Positions 18,437 to 28,239 of a DNA stretch of 64,000 nt are shown piece by piece. The stretch covers positions 5,399 to 69,398 of the forward strand of contig JBDKVB010000017.1 of NCBI GenBank assembly GCA_039679385.1, written 5' to 3'. Below the pieces are notes generated by a model. The model was not told the DNA's origin and did no database searches. It saw only the letters and a program-made list of their open reading frames with translations. Position 1 is the stretch's first letter. Each line of letters opens with the position of its first letter. The DNA comes from Armatimonadia bacterium (GTDB lineage: Bacteria > Armatimonadota > Zipacnadia > Zipacnadales > JABUFB01). A program made the translations under genes and the position numbers.

Positions 18437-18733
18437 CTAGTTGCCGGGTGTGACCGGCTGGTCGGCCGGACTCTGGGGCACCGTCTCCTGGGGCGGCTCG
18501 GGAGCAGGCCCTGCCGGAGCCACGTTCTCAGGCGCGGCGACCTCAGGGGCTGCGTTCTCTTCAGGGATGGCTGCCGGAGCTTCCGCGGACGGTCCCTCCG
18601 GTGTGGCTTCGTTGAGGCTCACGCTGGGCGCCGAGGGAATATCGTCGACAGCACTCGGATTGCCGCAGCCGCCCAGCATCCATGTCAGGCTCACGAGTCC
18701 GCCCAGGCACACCAACCACAGGCCCGTTCGCAT
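18437..18733 (-). CDS. Small putative lipoprotein with a Pro/Ala/Glu-rich tail
   Basis: Signal peptide plus lipobox (LGGC). Low-complexity remainder. Its stop lies 6 nt upstream of the nitroreductase start, suggesting an operon. Confidence 0.45.
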   Translation of the reverse strand: MRTGLWLVCLGGLVSLTWMLGGCGNPSAVDDIPSAPSVSLNEATPEGPSAEAPAAIPEENAAPEVAAPENVAPAGPAPEPPQETVPQSPADQPVTPGN

Positions 18734-18797
18734 CCGCCCTTACCTCCTGCTTCTCGAGGTATGCACCCGGCTCTTTGGCCCGGGCCTCGAAGCGCAT

Positions 18798-19622
18798 CTA
18801 GTGCATGGTCTGTCCGCCGTCAACGTTTAGTGCCTGACCGGTCACGTAGGAGGACTCATCGCTGGCCAGGTACAGAAGCACTGCGCAGACATCCGCGTAG
18901 GCGCAGCCGCGCTTCATCGGGACCTTGTCGACGTACATGGACCGGACTTCCTCGACCGTCTTGTTCCAGCGCTTCGCGTATTGCTCGTACAGACTGTCCT
19001 GCCACAGCGGCGAATCCAGCAGGTTGCCGGGGCAGATAGAGTTGACGCGGATGCCGTGCTCGGCGAGCTCCAGGGCCAGGCTCTGGGTCAGGCCGATGCC
19101 GCCGAACTTGCTGGCAGCGTAGGCGCTGTTTTTGCTGCTGCCGGTCTTGCCCGACTTGCTGTTGATCTGGATGATGGCGCCGGACTTCTGCGCAATCATC
19201 ATCTTGGCGGCGTGCTTGGCCATGACCATGTAGCCGACCAGATTGACGTCGATGACCTTGCGCCACTTGGCGACCTCGAACTCGGTGATGGGGCCCGAAG
19301 TGAGGATCCCGGCGTTGCTCACGAGAAGGTCGAGGCGGCCGAAGCGCTCGCGGAGCTTGTCGAAGGCGCCCAGCACCTGGGCTTCGTCGGTGATGTCGCA
19401 GCCGAGGCCGAAGGCCTGCACTCCGTACTTGTCGGTCAGCAGGCGTGCGACTTCCTCGACACCGACGGCGTTGACGTCAGTGAGCATGAGGTTGCAGCCG
19501 TGGGAGGCCAGGCAGGCTGCGATGGCCTCGCCCAGGCCCTGCGCGGACCCGGTGACGATGGCGTACTTACCCGACAGACGCGGCGCCGGGTTGGGTTGTG
19601 GATAGGTGTCAGGTGTTGCCAT
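18798..19622 (-). CDS. SDR family oxidoreductase (polyol / sugar-acid dehydrogenase-like)
   Basis: KYAIVTGSAQGLG; NAG; YAASKFG...K catalytic tetrad region. Confidence 0.85.
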   Translation of the reverse strand: MATPDTYPQPNPAPRLSGKYAIVTGSAQGLGEAIAACLASHGCNLMLTDVNAVGVEEVARLLTDKYGVQAFGLGCDITDEAQVLGAFDKLRERFGRLDLLVSNAGILTSGPITEFEVAKWRKVIDVNLVGYMVMAKHAAKMMIAQKSGAIIQINSKSGKTGSSKNSAYAASKFGGIGLTQSLALELAEHGIRVNSICPGNLLDSPLWQDSLYEQYAKRWNKTVEEVRSMYVDKVPMKRGCAYADVCAVLLYLASDESSYVTGQALNVDGGQTMH

Positions 19623-19721
19623 GGGTCAGGACCTCTCGGTTCGGTATGACGCTCTGCGTCAGGGTGGTTCGTCAGGCGAAGGTCGGGCCGACGGATCAGC
19701 CGGTCGACCCGACCTCGGTCC

Positions 19722-21458
19722 TCACGGAAGGAAGTGCTCGATGAGCGCCTGCTCGGCTTCCTTGGTCCAGGCACCCTCGGGGCTCAGCTTGGCCGCGACC
19801 TCGGGAAGGGAGTCCTTCAGGTCTTCGAGCGGGGTCAGAGGCAGGTCCTTGATCTGCGGGTAGATGACGACCTTGCCCGTGAAGCGGGCTGCCTTGACAC
19901 CTGCGAGGCCCTCATGCGCCGCGGGCAGGCCACCAACGGCAGCCACGGAGCGGTTCGGAGAGAGCTCGCCCTCCTCGGCCATGTGGAGGACCTTGCGCAG
20001 GTCGTCGATGGAGGAGCCGCTGCTGCCGGTGTAGCGGACCTTGCGCAGCGCAACGTCGCTGACATCGAGGTTTGCCATGGTCCCGCGTGCCACGCCGGCG
20101 AAGATATTGAGCCATCCGCCGTCGGCAACGTAGTCCGCGCCCTGAGAGACGAGCACCGGAGCCGGAACCAAGACGACGACGTCATCGAAGCCCTCCGGGG
20201 CGATTTCCCGGAGCTTGGCGTCAAACTCCTCCGGGGTCATCTCTTTGGGGTTCAGGCAGAGGAGCTGCTTGCCCTTCGCCTTGGCCGCTGCGCCGAAGCG
20301 CTCCGGCAAGGTTGCGAGGCGCTCGCCGTCGATGTCGCTGGCGACGACCACGGAGGGGCCATCGGAGGTCTCGACGGCCAACTGCACGTGCATCTGCCCC
20401 ATCGGACCTGCGCCACCGAGGAACCAGGCTTTGCCGCCGCGCTTGAACTCGGGGCCACGGGTGCTGTAGTAGCCGGCGGAAACGTCGGAGCCGCTGGCGC
20501 CCTGGTAGAAGTGGCCGTCGTAGTGGATGCGGCCCACGTCGATGCTGAGCTTGCGGGCCAGCTTGTTGCGCGTGATGAGGTTGAGCACGCCGTGCTTGCC
20601 CAGCCGTGCCGCAGCCATCTCGACCAGCTCGGGCGACGGGTCGCCGAGGATGAAGATGTCGTCGGCTCCGGCCTCACCGAGAAGGGCCTCGGGATCGAGC
20701 TCGGACAGCGGCTTGGTCTCCTCGACCGTGATGCCCGCCGTGTAGCACAGGCTCTTGAGGTCGCCGGCGACGGAGGCCGGGACATCAGTCAGCAGTACCT
20801 TGGCCGGGAAGACGCTGGCGTACTCGAAGGAGCCGATGCTGTAGCCGGTCTTCTCGCAGCCCGGGGCGCCGATTGCCCAGACGACTCCGCCCTGCTTGAG
20901 GACCTTGCGCGGCCGCACCCGATAGGCGCAGACGACACAGGCCCAGGGCTCGGCCAGGGCGGCCTCAGCATAGCCCGCCTCATCGGCCATCGGGATCAGA
21001 TAGCAGCCATCGTCGCCCTCAAGCAGCTCCGGGCCGAGGATGGTGTACTCCTCAAGCGCGCCCGGAAGCATGTACCCGAAGGCGAGGTTCTTGCCCTTGT
21101 AGTAGGCCTCGGCCTGGACCACGAAGCGTTCGCCGACGTTGTACTTGCCCTTGTAGTTGTCGCCGACTTTGACGATGGTGATGGCCGCCTCATGACCGAT
21201 CACGATGGGGTCGTTCGCCAGATCGCGGCTGTACAGTCGCGGGTGCTCGCCGCCAAGGTTGAGGATCTTGATGTCGGAGAAGCACAGTCCCGCCGCATCG
21301 ACGCGCGCGAGAAGCTGATCGGGACCGACCTCGTAGGTCGGGATCTCGACCGGCTTGCCGCCCTTGCCGAAGGACTCCAGGTCCTTCCCGAAGACCTGCC
21401 ATGCCAACATCCTCGGAGCAATATCACCGGCGCCGGCTTTGTATTCGTCGAAGGTCAT
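19722..21458 (-). CDS. Zinc-binding alcohol dehydrogenase (MDR) family protein, unusually long (578 aa)
   Basis: GroES-like catalytic domain (CFSDI...GHEAAITIV) and Rossmann domain with insertions. Ends ...GKVVIYP plus an ~50-aa extension. Confidence 0.75.
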   Translation of the reverse strand: MTFDEYKAGAGDIAPRMLAWQVFGKDLESFGKGGKPVEIPTYEVGPDQLLARVDAAGLCFSDIKILNLGGEHPRLYSRDLANDPIVIGHEAAITIVKVGDNYKGKYNVGERFVVQAEAYYKGKNLAFGYMLPGALEEYTILGPELLEGDDGCYLIPMADEAGYAEAALAEPWACVVCAYRVRPRKVLKQGGVVWAIGAPGCEKTGYSIGSFEYASVFPAKVLLTDVPASVAGDLKSLCYTAGITVEETKPLSELDPEALLGEAGADDIFILGDPSPELVEMAAARLGKHGVLNLITRNKLARKLSIDVGRIHYDGHFYQGASGSDVSAGYYSTRGPEFKRGGKAWFLGGAGPMGQMHVQLAVETSDGPSVVVASDIDGERLATLPERFGAAAKAKGKQLLCLNPKEMTPEEFDAKLREIAPEGFDDVVVLVPAPVLVSQGADYVADGGWLNIFAGVARGTMANLDVSDVALRKVRYTGSSGSSIDDLRKVLHMAEEGELSPNRSVAAVGGLPAAHEGLAGVKAARFTGKVVIYPQIKDLPLTPLEDLKDSLPEVAAKLSPEGAWTKEAEQALIEHFLP

Positions 21459-21521
21459 GTCACATTTCCTTTCCTACCAGAGAACGCACCCGGGAGGCCG
21501 GTTCGCGGCCCGCGACGCGTT

Positions 21522-22283
21522 CTATCCTCGCTTTTCCAGGATTGCCATGCGGTACTTCTCGTCCGGCCGGGCGAAGATGGCGTCGACCTGCTCCTGCGAG
21601 AAGAAGTTCGGGCCGCCCAGGGCATAGGTGCCGACGAGGATGCGAGCGGTCTTGCAGGCCATGTGGGTCGCGTTCTCGACCTCGGCCGGCGTGCCTCCCA
21701 GGGTAATGAGCCCGTGGTTCTGGACCAGGATGGTCTTCGGGCGCATTCCGTAGCGCTCCACGTAGGCCTCGACCTCGGCCTTCACTTTGCGGGCCAGGGG
21801 CACACCCGGATCGGTGTAGGGGATCCAGACCGGGGCGACACCGCAGCAGACGATCTCGTCCGGGAAGATGCGACCCTCGAAGGCCTTCTGCCCGTCCCGT
21901 GCGCAGGTGATGATGTTGATCGCGGTCGGGTGGGTGTGAGCGACGAAGTTCACGCCCTCCATGCTCAGCATGATGGCATGCAGCAGGGCCTCCACCGAGG
22001 GGCGACGACCCTTGGCGTTGACGGAGGCATCGGCGAAGCCCTTCTTGACTGCGGCGTCGGAGATGTCGGTAGCGTCAAGCAGCTCGAGCACCTTGTTGAA
22101 GCGCACGCGGACAAAGCCTTCGGCGGTGATGGTGCGCAGCTCAGTCCCGGAGGCCTTCACGCAGAAGGTCTCGTCGTCCATCCGAGCGGAAGTGTTGCCC
22201 TCGCCCAGGATTGCGAAGTCATTGGACGGGTCGCCCAGACGGTTGGACATGGCCACCAGATCGGCAAGCACAGCGTCAGACAT
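21522..22283 (-). CDS. Class II aldolase/adducin family protein (fuculose/rhamnulose/ribulose phosphate aldolase-like)
   Basis: EGNTSAR...HTHP metal-binding His motif typical of class II aldolases. Confidence 0.8.
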   Translation of the reverse strand: MSDAVLADLVAMSNRLGDPSNDFAILGEGNTSARMDDETFCVKASGTELRTITAEGFVRVRFNKVLELLDATDISDAAVKKGFADASVNAKGRRPSVEALLHAIMLSMEGVNFVAHTHPTAINIITCARDGQKAFEGRIFPDEIVCCGVAPVWIPYTDPGVPLARKVKAEVEAYVERYGMRPKTILVQNHGLITLGGTPAEVENATHMACKTARILVGTYALGGPNFFSQEQVDAIFARPDEKYRMAILEKRG

Positions 22284-22434
22284 GGAATCTCGCCAACTCC
22301 TTTGTTATGCACACGTAACGGATAGTGGAAGGTTCCCCGGACGCTGCCGCTTTCCCTTGTCCAACCAGCCGCAATCGGCCTGCAGGGATCGGGCAAGCCG
22401 GGCAAGCTGCCGAGGGGTCTGCCTGGTCTCGTGA

Positions 22435-23922
22435 CTAGCGTACCGTTACCCGCAACTCCTGGAAGCCGCGCAAGGTGGTGTACTGGGAGTCGGGGACGAT
22501 CTCAGCCCACAACTGGTGCGGCCCACGTTTGGCCTTCCAGGGGACCGAAACGGTGACGATCCCAAAGCCCTCTCTGCGCAGGGTCTCGGCCGGCTCCTTG
22601 CTGCGGGTGTTGAGCCCGTCCGGGTCGACCCACCGAGCTGCGGGCAGCCGCGTGATGAACTGCGGCCCGCCGATCGGTTCGCCACCCTTCGCGGGGTCGC
22701 CGTCCCAGAATCGCACGCGGACCTGCCGAGCGTCCATTCCCCCAACGTTATGAACCGTCGCCTGAAGCCTCACGGTTCCCTGGTCCACCGGCTGGTGGTC
22801 GGAGAGCGTCAGGTCGCCCTCCGAGAAGAAGCCGACCACCGGGCGGACGAAGTAGCGGAAACAGCACTCGTTGGCACGCTTCAGGACCGCGTCGCTGCAG
22901 CGGCCGGTAGTGAAGAACGCCAGGCCGCGCATCTCGGGGCCCTGCATACGCACTCGACGGACCTGTTCCTCGAGCTCCTCCGGGGTCACGTCGCCGAAGT
23001 CGCTGGAGATCGACAGGCCAAGGATGGTCTTCTTGATCACCTGCATCGAGCGGGCAACCTGGACGCGCTGAGTCAGGTAGTCCTCGAAGGAGTGTAGGTC
23101 ATTCCAGGCGCGGAAGTAGTTCTCGTACACCTCACACAGGATGACGTCGGCGCTGTCGCGGAAGAGGTTGCACTCCAGCGGTGTGAGGGAGCCGAACTGC
23201 CAGACGGCCACGAACTGGTCGGGGCGATCGAGCCGGGCCTGCTTGAGGATCTTACCGAACTCCAGGGCCAGGGCCGTCTGCTCCGGATGCTGGTCCCACA
23301 TCCCCAGCTCGTCGATGGCGATGCCGTCCCAGGGCCGGGTGTCAGTGTAGTCTTTGAGGATACGAGGCGCAAGGGCACCCATGTCCAGCCCCGGCGGGAT
23401 GTGCTCCCAGCGGGTGCCGCCGAAGTAGCTCACTCCGTCGGCCCTCTTGAGCGCTACTACGCCACGGGCATGGAGGGCCTCGATCTCGGCGGCTGAAGCG
23501 GTGAGATGATGGGTCATCCACTCCACTTCGGGGCGTGTGGGGCCATACCAGCCGAAGAACACGGGCTGCGCCACCACGGGAAGCAGGAGCCTCGCTACCG
23601 GCTGACCTGCCTCGGTCTGGCGCACGATCACGCGGTAGAGGCCGGGGAGACCAGCGCGCCATTCGACGCTCGGCTCGAAGGGTCGGTTGGGGTCAGGGGC
23701 GACTCGGGTCTTGCCGACGGGGCGCTCTCGACCCTCCTGCTCCACAGAGAAGATGACATCCCCGGAGATGGGCGCGGAGGCTGCGGCGGTCGGACAGGCG
23801 GCCAGGCGGATCACGTCGCCACTGCAGGGCACGCGACTGGAGACCGCGATCTGCAGCGGGATATCGGCCGCGAAGCAGACTGCCATCATCATGGACAGCC
23901 CGGCGGCCAGCAGCCCTCTCAT
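22435..23922 (-). CDS. Secreted hypothetical protein; possible TIM-barrel glycoside-hydrolase-like domain plus a C-terminal CARDB/Ig-like beta-sandwich
   Basis: Signal peptide MRGLLAAGLSMMMAVCFAADIP. C-terminal LQATVHNVGGMDARQVRVRFWDG resembles a CARDB-like domain. Assignment tentative. Confidence 0.6.
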   Translation of the reverse strand: MRGLLAAGLSMMMAVCFAADIPLQIAVSSRVPCSGDVIRLAACPTAAASAPISGDVIFSVEQEGRERPVGKTRVAPDPNRPFEPSVEWRAGLPGLYRVIVRQTEAGQPVARLLLPVVAQPVFFGWYGPTRPEVEWMTHHLTASAAEIEALHARGVVALKRADGVSYFGGTRWEHIPPGLDMGALAPRILKDYTDTRPWDGIAIDELGMWDQHPEQTALALEFGKILKQARLDRPDQFVAVWQFGSLTPLECNLFRDSADVILCEVYENYFRAWNDLHSFEDYLTQRVQVARSMQVIKKTILGLSISSDFGDVTPEELEEQVRRVRMQGPEMRGLAFFTTGRCSDAVLKRANECCFRYFVRPVVGFFSEGDLTLSDHQPVDQGTVRLQATVHNVGGMDARQVRVRFWDGDPAKGGEPIGGPQFITRLPAARWVDPDGLNTRSKEPAETLRREGFGIVTVSVPWKAKRGPHQLWAEIVPDSQYTTLRGFQELRVTVR

Positions 23923-24006
23923 GGTGTCCGGCCTCCCGGAATCGGGTGGTCTCCAGCAGACTCGGGCATCGCAGCAAGGGCCGTCGATGCCGGTCTCTGG
24001 GGCCTC

Positions 24007-25794
24007 TTAGCGGAAGAACTCCTGCAACTCCTGGACGAACAGCCAGTGCCCGCGGTCGTCCGGGTGGTTGATACCGTTGGTGAGCAGCGTCATGTAGGGC
24101 AGGCCCTCCTGCCACAGGTGTGCCCAGCGTCGCGAGGCATCGGCAAGCCCTACGTTGTTCTCCGCGGCGAACTCCTTGAGGAAACCCACGGCTGCCCGGG
24201 TCTCACCGGTTCGCAGGTCGGTCGTGCCCATCATGTCGGGGCGCGTGAAGTGGGGGGTCAGGATGATGACCTCGCCGCCCTGCGCACGGATCTTGCTCAC
24301 GGCCTCCGTGTAGTTGCGGAAGATCTGGTCGCGGCCCATGCCCATGTCATTGACGAACTCGATGATGACCAGATCGGGCCTTTTGTCGAGCACTTCCTGC
24401 TGGAAGAGCGGAAGCTTGCTCTGGGTGTTCCAACCGCCCGTCCCCGAGTTGATCGAATTGATGCGGGTCTGCGGGTAGCGGTCGCGGAGCCAGGTGGTGA
24501 AGGCTCGCGTGAACATCTTCTCCGGGACGCTGGAGTCGCCACCGCAAGTCACCGAATCACCCCAGAACACCAGGGTGAAGTCGCCGCCGGCTTCCAGCTT
24601 CTCGCGGGTCTTGGCCACAGTGGCGGCCCTTGCCTGGAGTTCGGCCTGACCGGGCTCCGGGAAGGGGATACCGACGGGGTATAGCTCCGCCGCGGTGAGC
24701 TCCGTGCAGTGGTAGGGGAGGTAGAGGTTGCACAGCGCCCGGGCTCCGGCATCCACAGCGGGCGGCTCGGGAATGGACTTGTGCTCAGCGCCAGTGCGGA
24801 GGACGACCTTGCCGTCGGAGCGCACCTCGAGCGTGTCGACGCGCAGGAGGCTGTAGTCATAGTCGGCGTAGACGGTGGTCGTGGCGGTGACTGGGCTCTC
24901 CGGCATCCGGCCGACCTTGCCCCAGAGCTTGTCGGCGCGCCAGTCCGTGCCCTCGGCGAGTCGACGGCCTTCCGGTCCGGCAGCGGCCTTGATCACCAGC
25001 GAGTCGGGTACCAGACAGCCGGCCAGGGTCGTACCCCGGGAGACGCAGCCACGCAGCGACGTGCCCTTACCCCAGCCCTTCGGCGCATCCTCGCTGAGGG
25101 TGAGCGCTTCATCGCGCACCGAGACTGTTCGGGCCGGTGCGAGCTCAAGGACGGTCTCCGCAGCCACCGTCACTGCTACACCATCCACATCGATGGTACC
25201 CGGCGCCACACGGACTTTCATCCCGCCGGCCGGTGTCACGTCCAGGCCCTCGCGCACGTAGGGGTTGATGCGAATCCCGTCCTGCACGGTCAACTCCCCC
25301 ATTTCCCGTTCAAGGGTTACGTTGTCCCAGTAGATCACGCAGCCGCCGAGTCCCGCGCGCTGGCCGGACTGGAAAAGCTGCAGCCGCAAGCGAGGCAGGT
25401 TGAGGTTGCGGTACTCGACCTTGAGCTGCACCCACTTGCCGGTCTCGGTGCTGATGGACTGGGCGACCTGCTGCCAGTCCGTCTGCGAGAAGGCCAGGGC
25501 AGCCTTGTTCAGAGCCTGGCCTTCCGGCACGTAGACCCAGGCGCCGGCGCGGTACGTGGCCCCCGGAGTGGCAGGGAACTCCGCATACCACACCGACAGC
25601 CCGTACTTGTCCTCGACGGTCTCTTTGACCGCCCACTTGCCGTCCTGGGCCAACTCCTGAGAGCGTTCGGCCTTGCCCCAGGTGGTCTGCCAGCTTACGG
25701 GGCCTGGCGTTTCAAAGGAATCCGTGAACATGACCTCGGCCTGCGCGACGACGGCAACCAGCAGCAGCGTCACTGCGACGTAGAGGGTTTTCAT
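24007..25794 (-). CDS. SGNH/GDSL hydrolase family protein with an N-terminal carbohydrate-binding-like domain, secreted
   Basis: Signal peptide. GDSVTCGG block I with catalytic Ser. HPDDRGH block V (Asp-x-x-His) at the C-terminus. Confidence 0.8.
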   Translation of the reverse strand: MKTLYVAVTLLLVAVVAQAEVMFTDSFETPGPVSWQTTWGKAERSQELAQDGKWAVKETVEDKYGLSVWYAEFPATPGATYRAGAWVYVPEGQALNKAALAFSQTDWQQVAQSISTETGKWVQLKVEYRNLNLPRLRLQLFQSGQRAGLGGCVIYWDNVTLEREMGELTVQDGIRINPYVREGLDVTPAGGMKVRVAPGTIDVDGVAVTVAAETVLELAPARTVSVRDEALTLSEDAPKGWGKGTSLRGCVSRGTTLAGCLVPDSLVIKAAAGPEGRRLAEGTDWRADKLWGKVGRMPESPVTATTTVYADYDYSLLRVDTLEVRSDGKVVLRTGAEHKSIPEPPAVDAGARALCNLYLPYHCTELTAAELYPVGIPFPEPGQAELQARAATVAKTREKLEAGGDFTLVFWGDSVTCGGDSSVPEKMFTRAFTTWLRDRYPQTRINSINSGTGGWNTQSKLPLFQQEVLDKRPDLVIIEFVNDMGMGRDQIFRNYTEAVSKIRAQGGEVIILTPHFTRPDMMGTTDLRTGETRAAVGFLKEFAAENNVGLADASRRWAHLWQEGLPYMTLLTNGINHPDDRGHWLFVQELQEFFR

Positions 25795-25935
25795 ATTCCC
25801 TTATCCCCTGGTAGATTCGGCCCTCAGCCTACCACTTCTCAGGGTGCAAGGGAAGGCGTTAGCGGTCTGGCGCTCACCCACTTTGGCCGCTGGAAGGCCC
25901 AACGGCACCTCACCAGGAAGTGGGTAGCAGCCCGG

Positions 25936-26706
25936 TTAGCCATGCCGCAGAAGCAGCGCTCCCTGGCCCCCTGAGCGCAAGGGAAGGACGCCGTCAATGC
26001 GCACCACCAGGTCGAAGACATCCAACCGCGAAGCGAACTCCACGTCCGTGCCAAGGCCGAGACGAGCGAGGCGCAAGCCGTTCTGCGACTGCGTGAAGCG
26101 CTCCGTCACCCACTCCTGGGTGCCGTCGCCGAAGGCCAGTCGACAGACCTCGGCGCGGTCATTGCCGACGCTGACCGTAGCGCCCTGGTTCTCGCAGGCC
26201 GCCAGGATCGCTCCGGCCGCCACATGGTCTTCGATGGTCAGCAACGCCTCGTCGTCGGCGGAGCCCGCCGTGACGATCACGAGCTCCTGCTTGCCGACGT
26301 TCTCACAGATCGCCAGGACCGTCCGAGCGACTGCGGTAGCGTTGACTGTGCTTGCCAGGAAGGCGGGCAACCCGGCGACACCCACGCAGCAGCGGGAGCA
26401 GTTCGAGGAACTGAAGAGGAGCTTGCTGATATCGCGGTCGGGGGCCTGTTGCAAGGGGCTGTTGCCGAGGTCGAAACCGGGCACCATCGGTCCGCCACGC
26501 TCGCCCACGAGGAGCACACCAGTCTGTCCTTCGCGCTCGGCGAAGGCTTCCTCGACCTCACGCACTACCAGCAGGCGCTGCGTACCATAGTGGAACAGAG
26601 AGGTGACCATAGCGCTGGCACGCAGGGCGTCGACTACCAGGGTGACCGTCCCGCGCTGCCTCGCCAACTCACATCCGGCGAGTCCGTTCTCGACGAAGAC
26701 TTCCAC
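25936..26706 (-). CDS. 2-phosphosulfolactate phosphatase (ComB) family protein
   Basis: GFDLGNSP and VVDALRASAM motifs match the ComB family. The N-terminus of the long ORF (to 27132) is rejected. Start placed at the GTG 6 nt after GGAGGG; the ATG at 26841 is the alternative. Confidence 0.5.
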   Translation of the reverse strand: MEVFVENGLAGCELARQRGTVTLVVDALRASAMVTSLFHYGTQRLLVVREVEEAFAEREGQTGVLLVGERGGPMVPGFDLGNSPLQQAPDRDISKLLFSSSNCSRCCVGVAGLPAFLASTVNATAVARTVLAICENVGKQELVIVTAGSADDEALLTIEDHVAAGAILAACENQGATVSVGNDRAEVCRLAFGDGTQEWVTERFTQSQNGLRLARLGLGTDVEFASRLDVFDLVVRIDGVLPLRSGGQGALLLRHG

Positions 26707-26908
26707 GTCCAGCCCTCCCAGGCGTGTTGCTCTTGGTGCGGTCGGCAGGATGTTGTAAGATGGTCGCTGGTCGTCCCGCCAGACCAAGGCATTGTACCAC
26801 GAAAGACAACCGCGAAGGTGGCTGCAGGGGCTTCCAGACATGCTCGGAAGGTCCCTGGCGGTTGCCTGTGATTCTGCCCGGAGGGCATCCGCCCGAGGTG
26901 ATTGATCT

Positions 26909-27964
26909 GTGAAAGGCGTAATCCTCGCTGCCGGCAAGGGGACGCGCATGCTGCCCCTCACCGAGCGACGCCCCAAGCCGCTCGTACCCGTGCTTGACCG
27001 CCCCATGCTGGAGCACATCGTCACCGGCGCCCGGGATGCCGGCGTGGACCATTTCGCCCTTATCGTCGGGCACCTGGGTGACATGATTCGCGAGTACTTC
27101 GGGGACGGCGGCCGCCTTGGTGTGAGGATCACCTACCTCGTGCAGGAGGAGATGAAGGGGACGGGTGCCGCCGCGCTACTTGCCGAGGAATTCATCGGCG
27201 GCGAGCCCTTCTTCATGTCCTGGGGCGATATCATCGTTCCACCACGGAACTACAAGAAGGTCATCAGCGCCTTTGAGCCGGGCAAGACCGACGCGGTGCT
27301 ATCACTGAACTGGGTGGAGGACCCCTACGAGGGTGCTGCAGTCTACGTGCAGGACGGCTTCGTGGAGAGGATTGAGGAGAAGCCGCCGAAGGGCACTGCC
27401 GCGACGCACTTCAACAACGCCGGGCTCTTCGTCTACACGGCGGATATCCTGGATCGCGTGAAGACGCTCAAGCCCTCGAAGCGCGGCGAGATTGAGCTTC
27501 CGGAGGCCGTGCAGCAGATGGTCCAGGAGGGCAAGCGTATCCGTGCGGTGGAGCTGGAAGGCTACTGGTCGGATGTAGCCCGGCCGAGCGCGGTGATAGC
27601 CCTCAACGAGATGATCATGCAGGACCGCTATGGAGACGCACGAGGCGTGTACTTCGCACCCAGCGCCAAGATCTCCGATGACAGCATCTTCCGTCCGCCG
27701 GTCTATGTGGGTGAGGGGTGCGAGGTCACAGACGCCAAGCTGGGCCCCAATGTGGTGCTGATGGACGGCTGCCGAGTGGAGCCCGGGGCAGAGATCAAGG
27801 ATATTGCGGTGTTCACCGGAGGGCAGGTGGCGAAGGGCGCCAAGGCTCACGATTGCGTGGTCGAGGAGGGCGCCACGGTGCCGGAGGGTGCGAAGATCGC
27901 CGGCGAACGGGCCTTCCCCAAGATCGTGTGCGCAGACGGGACGATTCAGGAAGTGCCCCGTTAG
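26909..27964 (+). CDS. Sugar-phosphate nucleotidyltransferase with C-terminal left-handed beta-helix (GlmU/RmlA-like)
   Basis: GVILAAGKGTRMLPLT signature. GTG start 8 nt after GAGGTG. C-terminal hexapeptide repeats. Confidence 0.8.
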   Translation: MKGVILAAGKGTRMLPLTERRPKPLVPVLDRPMLEHIVTGARDAGVDHFALIVGHLGDMIREYFGDGGRLGVRITYLVQEEMKGTGAAALLAEEFIGGEPFFMSWGDIIVPPRNYKKVISAFEPGKTDAVLSLNWVEDPYEGAAVYVQDGFVERIEEKPPKGTAATHFNNAGLFVYTADILDRVKTLKPSKRGEIELPEAVQQMVQEGKRIRAVELEGYWSDVARPSAVIALNEMIMQDRYGDARGVYFAPSAKISDDSIFRPPVYVGEGCEVTDAKLGPNVVLMDGCRVEPGAEIKDIAVFTGGQVAKGAKAHDCVVEEGATVPEGAKIAGERAFPKIVCADGTIQEVPR

Positions 27965-27991
27965 CTCGGGCCGTCGCACACAGGGCCCAGA

Positions 27992-28147
27992 CTAGGCAGC
28001 GAGCTCCTCCTCCGCAGCCAAGGCCGCTTGCCTCCGGCCAGAGGGTCTCAGGCGCTCTGCAGCTACCTCGGCACGGGCTGCGGCGGCACAGGCGGATAGT
28101 CCGAGGAGGCCACATACCAGGAAAACGAGAGTCGCTGCAAGGATCAT
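27992..28147 (-). CDS. Candidate small lipoprotein (51 aa); not in the supplied ORF track because it is under 60 aa
   Basis: Manual translation gives MILAATLVFLVCGLLGLSAC... with lipobox LSAC, followed by an Ala-rich helix. GGGAG lies 9 nt upstream. Speculative. Confidence 0.25.
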   Translation of the reverse strand: MILAATLVFLVCGLLGLSACAAAARAEVAAERLRPSGRRQAALAAEEELAA

Positions 28148-28239
28148 CCTGACCAGCTCCCGTGGGCGTTATGTTCTCTGTATCGGCACGCTCACGGCGT
28201 CGCTTGAGCACCTAATCTGGTCCCGCGCGGGGGATCGGC

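Noticed and set aside
26707-27132. N-terminal 140 codons of the long ORF 25936-27132 (ComB-like)
   Set aside because: The extension is low-complexity, Arg/Ser/Pro-rich, and lacks similarity to ComB proteins, which start just before the conserved core. It also runs into the divergent nucleotidyltransferase gene start region.
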